Shown: positions 53,548-64,000 of the stretch, piece by piece
Layout of the letters: every line of letters starts with the position of its first letter
Numbering within the stretch: position 1 is the stretch's first letter
Assembly (NCBI RefSeq): GCF_009914755.1
Contig: NC_060929.1
Source: the human T2T-CHM13v2.0 reference genome, Homo sapiens
Reading direction: 5' to 3' (one strand)
Length of the DNA stretch: 64,000 nucleotides
Translations under genes and position numbers: made by a program
Notes under the pieces: generated by a model
Told to the model about the DNA's origin: nothing
The model's input: the letters and a program-made list of their open reading frames with translations, nothing else
The model's database searches: none

Positions 53548-54229
53548 ACAACCATATTACCATTAATGGAACCCGAGGATGAGGTCATTGTGGAGCAGAG
53601 GAAAGGGATGAGGAGGGACTGGGACCTGGTGATATTGTTTGAGCCACTCCTAAAGCTAGATCATCTTTCACACTTATCCATTTTATGAGCCAATAAAATT
53701 TTCTTATTGTTTTAAACAATTGGGACTCAATCTCTATCACTTGCAACATAAATTATATCCATAGAAAAAAGACCCAAAACAAGCTTTGAGGAATTGTACA
53801 AAAAATCCTGATCCATGGACAAACAGTTGACTTTGATTTTGAGCAAATTTCTCTCTGAGAAACAGGGTCAATTCCGAGGCCTTTCTATTTTCCATGGTTA
53901 TTAAGAGGATCAAACTTGAAAACATATGTTTGAAGTGCTTTGTAAAATATAAAACTCTTGTACTACTGCTAGCTATTAAAATTTTGGCAGAGGTACTGAA
54001 AACAATACCAAGGAATAGGACTTAATCTGGAAGCTGCTAATTCCATGATATTTAAATAAGCATCTTAGTTATTATATGCCTCTGACCTGAAGGAAACCAT
54101 GTGATGCAAAATGATTGGGTGCTGAGGGAAAAGAAATTGAATTTTCTTTTAGAAAGTTTCTGATTACACAGATAATCTTACAGTGTAGAATGGGTGAAAG
54201 GATTCTATTAAAAATATTACTGTCGCTCA

Positions 54230-54425
54230 TCATTCATTGACCATATACTATATGTTATGCTTTATATATCCTTCTAATTCTCACAATAACTCTACAAGGA
54301 AGGTACTGTTTTTTAATCCTGTTATACAGATGAAGGAACTAAGAGTTATGGATACTGAATAATTCTCTCAGTGTTGTACAAGTAATAGGCAGAACACAAG
54401 CTCAGTCCATCCATCTCCAAAATAT
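54230..54425 (-). mobile_element. MIR relic
   Basis: taattctcacaataactctacaaggaaggtactg ... tacagatgaaggaactaag. Confidence 0.7.
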
Positions 54426-56039
54426 TTAGTTTTGTTTCTTAATTGAAATGTTTACAAGAGAAAAATAGGTATATGTGTGCTGCCTTCATTATTGAGTTCT
54501 TTTGTTAAGGTGAGTTGTTATGGTTGAGTTGGAAGATAGAAAAGGCAGACTAGTAGCCCAACACTCAGTCTGGACTCTGCCCAAACTTGGACAAGTTACG
54601 TCATCATTCTGAGAGTTTCTGAAGGGGAATGTTATGAAGATTGAATGAGACACACCTCGGATAGTTCTTTGAAGAACTAAGATGTGTTAGACAGAGAGGA
54701 AATATGTTTACTAAAGATACTCTTGGTCCAAGTCATTGTCCCTCCACTGAGAAATTAAATTGGCTTTGAATTTTATAGATGACAAAATTCTTTTACTTAA
54801 AAAAATTGAAGTGAGATTTGCATAACATAAAATTAATCATTTTATAGCAAACAATTCAGTGGCATTTAATATTGTCATAATTTTGCCCAACTACCATCTA
54901 TATCAAGCTCCAAAACATTTCCATCACTCGAAAGTAAAACTCCTTAACCATTAACCAGTTTTTCCCCATTTCTTCCTCCTACAATCTCCTGTAAGCTACC
55001 AATCTGTTTTTGTGTCTTTGTGGATTTATTTTGGATATTTCATATAAATGAGGTCAAAACTATATGTGATATTGTGTGTGTGGCTTTTTTCCCCTAACAT
55101 AATGTTTGGAAGGCTCATCTACCATCTAGCATGTATCAATACTTCATTCCTTTTTAATGGCTGAATAATATTTCATCACATTTATATACCATAACTTGTT
55201 TGTCCATTTATTCCTTGACGAGATTTAGGCTACTTCTACTTTTTGGTTTTTGTGAATAGCGCTGCTATCATCATGCTTGAACAGGTACTTGTTTGAATAT
55301 ATACCTAAAAATGAAATTGTAGTGTCACATGGTAATTCTACATTTAACTTTCTGAGGAACCACCAAATTGTTTTCTGGAGTGGCTGAATATTCAGGGGCT
55401 AAATATTTCTATTTCTCATCACCAATGTGGAGAGTTCTAATTTCTTTACCTCTTCATCAACACTTGTTATTTTTATTTTAAAAATATATTATTATACTTA
55501 TATTAGTGGATATCAAATGGTGCCTCATTGTGATTTTCATTTGCATTTCCCTAATGACTAATGAAATCAGGCATCTTTTTATGTGTTTGTTGCCCATTTG
55601 CATATTTTCTTTGGAGAAATGTCTAGTGAAATTCTTTGCTCATTTTTAAACTGAGTTTGCCTTTTTTGTTATTGTATTTTGAGAGTACTTTATACATTCC
55701 AAAAAATTATCAGATAGATGATTTGCAGTATTTTCTCCCATTCTGTAAATTGTCATTTCATTTTTTGACAATTTCTTAGAACAAAATATTTTTAAATTTT
55801 TGATGAGATACAATTTATTTTTATTTTGTTTTTGTTTTTGCTTTTGATGTCATATCCATTACCAAACCCAAGGTCATGGAGATTTAGTTCTATGCTTTTT
55901 TGCAAGTGTTTTATGGTTTTAGGTCTCCTATGTTCATTGATCCTTTTGAGTTTTTTTTGGGTCTATGTTGTAAAGTAGGGCTCCAACTTCGTTCTTCTGC
56001 ATATGGATATGCAGTTATTTTGGTATTATTTGTTGAAGA

Positions 56040-56758
56040 TGTGTCTGGAATTGGTTCCTTCCTGTGGATTCCTGGTCTTGCTGACTTCAAGAATGAAGCT
56101 ATGGACCCTCACAGTGAGTGTTACAGTTCTTAAAGATGGTGTGTCCGGAGTTTGTTCCTTCTGATGTTCAGAAGTGTCCAGAGTTTCTTCCTTCTGGTGG
56201 GCTCGTAGTCTTGCTGACTTCAGGTGTGAAGCCACAGACCTTGGCAGTGAGTATTACAGCTCTTAAAGGTGGTGTCTGGAGTTGTTCGTTCCTCCTGGTG
56301 GGTTGGTAGGTTCTCCTGCCCTCACTGGCTTCAGGAGTGAAGCTGAAGACCTTCTTGGCAAGTGTTACAGCTCATAAAGGTAGTGCAGACCCAAAGCATG
56401 AGCAGCAGCAAGCTTTATTACAAAGAGCAAAAGAACAAGGCTTCCACAGCGTGGAAGGAGACCGAGTGGGTTGCCAACGGGGATTCTGGTGGCCTGCTTT
56501 TATTACCTTATTTGGCCCCACCCACATCCTGCTGATTGGTCCATTTTACAGAGAGCTGATTGGTCCATTTTACAGAGTGCTGATTGGTCTGTTTTACAGA
56601 GTGCTGATTGGTCCGTTTTTACAGAGTGCTGATTGGTGTGTTTACAAACCTTTAGCAAGACACAGAGAGCTGATTGGTGCATTTACAATCCTTTAGCTAG
56701 ACAGAAAAGTTCTCCAAGTCACCACCGGACCCAGAAGCCTAGCTGGCTTCACCTCTCA
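56040..56758 (-). mobile_element. LTR12-family (HERV9) solo LTR
   Basis: tgtgtctggaattggttccttc ... ctagctggcttcacctctca; 719 bp; six gctgattgg repeats; 4-bp TSD aaga/gaga. Confidence 0.95.
56531..56677 (-). promoter_or_regulatory. CCAAT-box (NF-Y) array of the LTR12 U3
   Basis: Six CCAATCAGC copies on the minus strand, followed by AATAAAAG (TATA-like box of ERV9 LTRs) at about 56497-56504. Confidence 0.75.
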
Positions 56759-57894
56759 GAGACTGTACTTCTTTACTGGTGTTGGTGCTCTTGTCAAACA
56801 TCAGTTAGCCTTAGGTATATGGGTTGCAGTAATTTTATTTTTGACATTACTTGCTTTTTCCAATCCTGGCAGAAACACAGGGAACCAATTCTTTTCTCAC
56901 TTTAACAAGTGTGGAAGTTATGCCTGAGATGTTAAATGTTTTAATATTGAAAATATTTTCATTTTCTAATAGACTGTCTATGTGCCAGACCATGCTTGAA
57001 GAGATGTATATCGAGTTGTATCACAGTCCCACAGAATCATTACTCCAGTGTACCATGAGAAGTATTATGAGGTCAAGTTATACACCCTAACTTTTACAAC
57101 CCATTAACATCATGGTTATGTTTGGAACACAGAACCTTTGACCCCAAAGCTCATGCTTATTCCACCAAGCCACACTGTCTTTAGTTACACAACTCATCAT
57201 CTGTCGGTATCTTGTTTCTCATTGCTATTATCCTCATTGTAGTTGGAGGAGTCTTCCTAAAATACAGTCAGATCAAAACACTTTGCTGCTCAAAATACTA
57301 CTCTTACGATCTTGGTAAGAAGTTATTTCCATTGTGCCCATTTGACACATATTTCTTGCTCAGTTTCTGACGTATTTTGGAGAAAATGCTCCCACACTAT
57401 TGTAATTTGCATCCCTGATATTCTTATGTTTGACTGCCTTTTCAGTCCTGAAAGGTTTACAGTGGGCTTTGTTACATGCAGCTTTTTCTCAGTTCTGTTG
57501 CTGGATTTTAAAATCACCTTTTAGCCTACTTTACTTGCTTTTCTCTTATGACCAAAACAAAAATGCATAAGAAATTGTGCACAAAGTGATTTATTGGCCT
57601 CCCCTCCTGAACCAGTAGAGCATTCCTTTTGCAAACAAGGTATACTCTTGTCAACTCAATCATATTTCTCTGTGTATGTTTAATGTGAATGGGATGGTTT
57701 CTCCTCTAGTTATTAAACACCTGCGTTTCTTCCTCTTCTGCTGCTGGAGGCAGGGCAATCATGAAGGCTGGGGTAAAAATGCCTTTTATTTCCAGCTGTT
57801 ACTCATGGAGATGAAGAGGGAATAATCCACTTGATACCTATAGACCAGCACTTTCCACTAGTACTTTTCTGCAGAAGTGGAAATATACCTATCC

Positions 57895-58048
57895 TATTTA
57901 ATGCGGTAGACACTGACTACATATGGCTATATAACACTTGAAATGCTCATGAAGAATAGACCAAAGTTTTTATTTTATCTAATTTTAAGTAATTTAATTT
58001 AAATTAGCCACCTGTGGCTAATGACTACCCTGTTGCATAGGAGAGCTT
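57895..58048. mobile_element. MER3/MER33-like hAT relic
   Basis: gactacatatggctat..cacttgaaatg ... ttaaattagccacctgtggctaatgactacc. Confidence 0.65.
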
Positions 58049-58199
58049 ATAGCTTTTTGCAATTATGACCGCAGAACTAGCAAACGTAGATCAAAGTAAT
58101 CAGGATAACTGACGAGTCAGAAGCTCTCGGTAAGAAGTAACCTAGGAAGAACTCCTGAAGCAGAAGGCAAATAACTTTTTGTACAATTCTTCCATGGGC

Positions 58200-58700
58200 T
58201 TATATTCATTTATTTATGTATTTAATAATATTTTGAGCATGTATCAGGTACTAAGTACTGTTCTCAATGCTGGTGATACAGCAGAAAGCAAGATAAATTC
58301 CCTTCCTCATGGTGTTTATATTTGAGTGTGGAGTTCATCAATCTCAGCGTTATTTTTGGCCAGATAATGTTTTGTTGTGAAAGTCTGTTCTGTGCGTTAT
58401 AGGATAACTTGAAGCATCCCTGCCCTCTACCTCAGCAGTTTACTGGTCGGGGAATGCAGATTGAACTAAGGCAAGAGTAACGGAGATAAAGAGGAAAGAG
58501 GCAGATTATGGTGATATTTAGGAAGTGATGGCACACATATACATATGTAACAAACCTGCACGTTGTGCACATGTACCCTAGAACTTAAAGTATAATAATA
58601 ATAGCAATAAAGGAAGTGACATTGACAAACTTGGTGGCTGATTGGGTCTGGGAGATAAGAAAGAAACAGGAATCAAATATGGGTCCAAAGTGACTTATTT
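58200..58700 (-). mobile_element. L2 fragments with embedded MER20 piece (about 58330-58432)
   Basis: attcatttattt..ttgagcat..tatcaggtact..gctggtgatacagcag; MER20-like ttggccagataat..ttgttgtg..agcatccctgccctctacc. Confidence 0.7.
58529..58610 (+). mobile_element. Ultra-short L1PA 3' tip insertion
   Basis: tggcacacatatacatatgtaacaaacctgcacgttgtgcacatgtaccctagaacttaaagtataataata; TSD aggaagtga. Confidence 0.93.
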
Positions 58701-58703
58701 AAA

Positions 58704-58725
58704 TGTGTGTGTGTGTGTGTGTGTG
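58704..58725. repeat. (TG)11 microsatellite
   Basis: Perfect TG run. Confidence 0.9.
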
Positions 58726-61074
58726 CACACTCATGGATTTTACTCTTCAGAGGCCATGGTTATAATAGAACAACTGTACTTTTTTTATAGAGGCTGAGGA
58801 TTGAATCCATGTTTGGGTGTTCTTTGTCAGGGGAACTGCTTTTAATTTTCATTTTGGGTAGGGTCTAATGCATCATGTATAGGTGCATATATGTGGCTCA
58901 ACCCTTTGCTTTATCTCTGATAAAACCAAAGAGAAAATACCTGTCTGTAAGCCTCAGCATATCCTGGAGGTCAATATTCTTGGGAAACCTATCAAAGGAG
59001 AGAGACTGGGGCAAAAATCGCTGCCTTGTGCTCACAGATAACCCTCAGAATAACTTCCCTGATGGCATTGGTTTGGATTGCCCTCCGAATGTGAATTTCA
59101 CGCTTGATGAAAGTCATCTCAAAGCCAATAGAAGGAATTTGAGCAGAGGAAATCAGATTTATGTAATCTGCTTTAGCCTCTTTCTATTCTAGTATCTCAA
59201 GCATCTTTCTGCTCCTTCTCTACCTCAGTGGTTTTAAGCTTCACTTTGTTATTCTGTTTTCCCAGACCTTTTCCCAGCTGTTATGTGACAGGCCACAGGG
59301 CAAGTATAGACATGTATTGGTTGCTTATTTTTAATTGAAAAATTTTGTTTTTTGTCCTTAACTTTGAATGGTTTAATGTGGGTATTTCCTGAGTTTCTCA
59401 AAATCATACCAGACAAAACAAAACAAAACAAAAAACAAAAGACAATCTCAAAGCGAAATCAAATGAGTCTCTCAGGCCCCACTTCTCTCTGCAAAAAGGT
59501 GATTTATGACCTATATTAAGGTTCCCCTGTGTCCAAATTTGTTTTTGTAGTTGGGCCATGTGTAAATCTATTGTCCTGGGGAGTCAGTTATCTACTTGCA
59601 TGGGTTGATTTATAAAGGAGACTGCGGCACATTGGATAAAGGAGTAGGAAGAATATTTTTGTGCGTACCTGGGACTTGAAACGAGACAGAATATCATGCC
59701 ATCAGTACTCCATCTGGTTCCTTGGACTCAGTTTGAATGCCAGTGGGGTAAGAGAGTGACTCAGTGCTGAAGGAATTTGTTTTTTCAAAGCCTTAGGTGA
59801 CAGAGTGTAGCAGAGAGACAAAGATAGGGCTACTGTCTCCACTGTTGCACAGACGTTACAATTACTCCAGCAATACTAGGATTGGCAGCTTTCGGCACAT
59901 TCCGGACTTGCTTACCTAGCATGGACATTGATTGTAGGAACAATGATAAAGATGAGGAATGTGAATAGGCTTGTTCTGGAAAACACCAAAGTCAACCCTT
60001 AGAATCCAGGGAGAAAGTAAATAAGAGACACTCTGATGGGGAGAGTCTAATGCCATCCAAAACAAGTGGACAGAAATCATATAGAATTTGGGTCATCTTA
60101 CCTTATTTGTACTAAAAGGCATGGGATGTTGAATTAGCCATAAAGGCCCTAGATAGGAAAATATTTGTCTACATGTGCAGTAGAACTTTAATAAAAAACT
60201 TGGTATGAGTTCCCTGACAGAATTTCAACCAATGTCCCTCATCTACTTATCACATACTCTGACTCTTAAATGTCATCTACAGTCTCTGCTTTCTGAGTGA
60301 CAAAGCAGAGAATGTAAAACTAGAAACAAATTGTCTGGCTAAACTCTGGGCTGCTTAGTATGTAAAACCAGTGAATGCCATTAGCTTTGCTGAGCTGATA
60401 ATCATCAAGGCTGTGGTCTAGTATTTGTCAAAGAGAATCAGGGACCAGGCTTTCTAAGCTGTTGATTTACATCTAAATGTTTCTGTTTGATTGTGTGTTG
60501 ATTTGGGAATTGGAATGGTGTGCCATGTATTCATCTTCTCACTTTCTTAAGCATCTTGAAATTTAGAACATCCACATTTTAAAAATTTCAAACGGATCCA
60601 CAAGTAGAAGTATTTGTCCTCCCCTATTTGTGTGAAAAATACAACAGGCTGTACTGAAAACTTTCAGCAAGTGCTATTTATTCTTATTACTTGGCACAGA
60701 GCCATCTCAACTCCGTCTCCAAATAGTACAGCCCTATGTGTTTAATTTCTGGTTGTCTAGTTGGGGAAATGTGGGATAGTATTGAACAACAGCAAAAGTC
60801 AAATTTTCTCATCATCTTTGTCTACTGAATAAACAGTAAATGAGTTTATATAATGAAAGAGTAAAGAAATGACCTAATCCTCAAAAATTGGATATTTATT
60901 AAGGGGACTATGGGATTCTGTAGAAGAATATGTTACCATTTAAAATGAAAACATGTTTAAGAAGCATATCTAATGATATGTCAAAATACTCCTTGTCTAG
61001 TGCTAAGTGAAAACAGTAGATCACAAAAATGAATATATACCCCATGTGGATGTTAGGAGGTGAAAGTAACCTTA

Positions 61075-62000
61075 TGCAATAGTTTATGCAAGTGTTTAGT
61101 GAGCATCTACAGGGGGAGGACCAACAAGGACCTTTATCTTATAAGCTCACATCATAGTAGCAAAGATAGATAATGAAGTAGCAACTAATCATTCTCCTAA
61201 GACTGTGACATTTGAGTCACTTGAATGACAAAATGGAGCCATATATGAAAAATGAAAGAGAATGGCATTCTCATCAGAGAGAAGTGTAAGTTCAAATGAC
61301 CTGGTGTGAGAATGAGCATGGAATGTTTGAGGAACAGAAGGAAGGCCAATTTTGCTAGAGTGAAGTGATTGAGGAAGGGAGTGGTAGATGATAAGCTTTG
61401 AATGGAGCAAAGACACCGGTCACATAAGATTACATGGGCTCCAGTAGAGTCAGGATTTTATTAAGGGAACATGGGAAGCCAGCTTTTAAGCAAGGGAGTG
61501 ACATAATTGGTTTTATGCTTTTGAAATATTCCTCTGGCTACTATGTGTAGAATGAACTGTAGGGGACAATCAGACCTGTCAGAGAATATTACAGGCACAG
61601 AGGAGAGAGATAATGACTTCTTAGTCTAGGTTACGGGTCTCAGTCAGGTCATTCCTCCCATCCCCCAGCCCTTTCAGAAAATACATTAGACAATGTCTCT
61701 AGATACTGTTGGTTGTCATAACTGGGAAGGGGTTGCTACTGCTATCTAGAAGAGAGAGACCAGGGATACTACTAAGTATCTTACAATGCACAGGACAACC
61801 TCTCACAACAACAAAAATATTTAGCACAAAATGTAAATGAAACTAAAATGGGAAAACCCTGAATTAAGATGGAAAAACCTTGAACTAACCCAGTGGAGAT
61901 GAGACAAGTAGGTAGATTCTTAGTTAATTCTACAGATTAAATGAACAGGATTCACTGAGAGATTGGATGAGGAGGTAAGAGAAAAAAAGTAATAAATAAC
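61075..62000 (-). mobile_element. L2 fragment split by MER20
   Basis: gaatgtttgaggaacagaaggaaggcca ... atgggaagccagcttttaagcaagggagtgacataatt ... ctctggctactatgtgtagaatg. Confidence 0.85.
61632..61862. mobile_element. MER20 DNA transposon
   Basis: acaatgtctctagata..ggttgtcataactggg..gctactgctatcta ... tacaatgcacaggacaacc ... gaaaaccctg. Confidence 0.85.
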
Positions 62001-62025
62001 CATTCCCTGGGAATTATGCTTTATC

Positions 62026-62218
62026 CACCACTGTCCAACCTTTTGTCTTCCCTAGGCCACATTGGAAAAAGAAGAATTGTCTTGGACCACACATAAAATA
62101 CATGAACACTAATGACAGCTGATGAGCTGAAAAAAAAGATCCGTGCATAATTTTCATGATATCCACCACCACAGATAAGCAAAGAAAGTCCTCACATTAA
62201 AAGGGTTGGACATCCATG
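62026..62218 (+). mobile_element. MER30/MER30B DNA transposon
   Basis: tgtccaaccttttgtcttccctaggccacattggaa..agaagaattgtcttggaccacacataaaatac ... gggttggaca; flanks ctttatc/ctttata. Confidence 0.88.
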
Positions 62219-62733
62219 CTTTATACTGAAGTATGAAAGGCTAGATAAAGTTTAAATAGTACATGGCAGAGTTGGGACCGGCAACTCAGATACTCTGACT
62301 CTGAAGTCCAGGACTCTCTACCACATCAAGCTTCTCTGTAAGTGGTAGGAAAACACATGTTAAACTCAGACCTATCATTTTAAATATTTAATGCCCTAAA
62401 ACCTGCTCTTGTACTTCACTATATTGGTCTAAGAAGCTTCTAAGTGGCCGGTGAAACATAATTGGGTTAATTTCCAGTGTATATGGTCAGCCAGGATTAG
62501 TTTTTACAATTGTCAATTATCCCAGGAAATTTAAACTGCATTGACTAGGATATCCCTGCACAGTCATGTGGGGTGGGCAGGCTCATTCATGTTCTTCTGC
62601 ATCATAGAAAATCAGTAAGTACACAATCCACTGATGGCTTCCCAGCTGAATTAGAACAAAATCTAAAGGCCTTGATCCTTAAGCAGTTTGCACTGGCTAT
62701 TGCTCACCTCTGCAACCTCAGCTATGGCCACTC

Positions 62734-63106
62734 TGTCTTCGATCATTTTCTGCTGTTACACTAGAATATAACAGACTGAGTAACTTTAAAAGAGTAGAAG
62801 TTTATTTGGCTCATTGTTCTAGAGGCTGAGAAATTCAAGAGCGTGGCTTTGGTGTCTGGTGAGGATGATTCCATGGCAAAAGAGCATCACAAGGTGAGTG
62901 AGCCTACCAGACAAGAGACAAGATGGGAGCCAAAGTTATCCTTTTATCAAAAGCCCACTTCTGTGCCACTCCCACAATAAAGTCATTAATCCATTCATGA
63001 GAGTGAGAGGAAATCCCTCATTGCCTATAGATCCCACCTCTTAATATAGTCACAATGGCAATTAAATTTCCCCATAAGTTTTGAAGGGGACATTTAAACC
63101 ATAGCA
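62734..63106 (-). mobile_element. MSTB-type 3' LTR
   Basis: tgtctt..cattttctgctg ... tttatttggctcattgttctagaggctg ... cattaatccattcatgag ... aaaccatagca. Confidence 0.85.
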
Positions 63107-64000
63107 TTCCATCTCTGGCTCCCACAAACTTATGTCCTCACATACAAATACATCTATTGTATTCCAATAGCTCCCAAATCTTAACTCATTCAAGCATCAA
63201 CTCACAAGTCCAAAGTCCAGAGTCTCATCTGAAACAGATACAGGTGAGACTCAAGGCATGATTCATCCTGAGGCAAATTTATTCCTGCTGTGAACCTATG
63301 AAACAAGTAATCTACTCCAGAAATACAATAGTAGATCAGGCATAGGATAGGCATTCACACTCTCCAAAAGGGAGAAATAGGCAAGAAGAAAGAGGTAACT
63401 GATCCCAAGTAAGTTTAAAACCCAGAAGGGGGAAAAACTCAAGAAATCTAAAGCTAGAGAATAATGTCCTTTGACTCCATGTCCTGTTTCCTGGGGTAGA
63501 GATTGGTTCCCCAAGGCCACAGGCCTATAGCCTTGTTGGGCTCATCCCACCCAGCAGCTCTCTCAGGTTGGAGTCTTCTGCTTGCAGATTTCCTAGGCTG
63601 GAGCTGCACACTGGTGGACCTAGAGTACTGGGGTCTCTGAAGGGCCTCAGTCTCATGGTTCCACTAGACATTGTCTTCATAGGGACTCTATGCTGACTCT
63701 ACTCCCGCAAGTTTCTTCCTGGACCTCTAAGGAATCCACAATATCCTGTGAAATCTAGGTGGAGGTAGACATACCTCCACTACTCTTGCATTCTGTAAGA
63801 CTGAAGAATTAGCACCACATGGATGTTGCCAAGACTTATGGCTTCTACCTTCTGGAGTAGCAGCATGTACCACGCCTGGACTCACTTGAGCCATGACTGA
63901 GGCAAAAGAAGCACTGTGCTGGAATGCAAGGAACAGAGTCCCAAGGAAGCCCTGGGCAGTGAGCTTACGAAGAGCACCTTGGGCCCATCACCTGAAACTA
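63107..64000 (-). mobile_element. MST internal (MaLR-int) sequence, continues beyond the window
   Basis: Abuts the LTR; tcttaactcattcaagcatcaactc..aagtccaaagtc..tctcatctga ... ctttgactccatgtcc ... gaaatctaggtggagg are typical THE1/MST-int motifs. Confidence 0.88.

Larger units (their letters stand above)
54790..56825 (-). mobile_element. L1MB-type LINE-1 3' portion, interrupted by LTR12
   Basis: cataacataaaattaatcattt..acaattcagtggcattta ... ccaaaacatttccatcac ... tttgttgaaga | gagactgtacttc resumes after the LTR. Confidence 0.88.

Noticed and set aside
56531-56677. Regularly spaced ~24-bp repeats, superficially CRISPR-like
   Set aside because: No unique spacers, eukaryotic context; it is the normal LTR12 CCAAT tandem array.

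Overview
Primate nuclear genomic DNA, most likely human or another ape (AluY, L1PA and LTR12 are present). It is AT-rich and CpG-poor, and reads as a large intron or intergenic stretch. I find no credible protein-coding gene, tRNA, rRNA or CpG island. The long ORFs in the track fall mostly in Alu, L1 ORF2, L2 or LTR remnants, or look like chance ORFs. Much of the window is interspersed repeat: six Alus, several L1PA/L1MA/L1MB/L1ME pieces, many L2 and MIR relics, MaLR LTRs (MLT1, MST, THE1D), an LTR12, and DNA transposons (MADE1, MER1A, MER5A, MER20, MER30, MER58A, MER102). The best leads are: (i) at least three well-formed, non-coding candidate exons on the + strand (21255-21325, 22361-22490, 43670-43795), suggesting a spliced lncRNA or distal 5' UTR; (ii) a 29-bp segment shared at 28/29 between 5222 and 11008, next to a local duplication (possible templated insertion); (iii) an apparent L1 3' transduction at 45554-46352; (iv) a twin-primed inverted L1PA; (v) a fold-back hairpin created inside an Alu; (vi) a MADE1 hairpin and an LTR12 promoter. 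I do not see evidence of a new multi-gene biological system. Repeat subfamily names come from my recall of the consensus sequences and need RepeatMasker/Dfam confirmation. I cannot name the locus.
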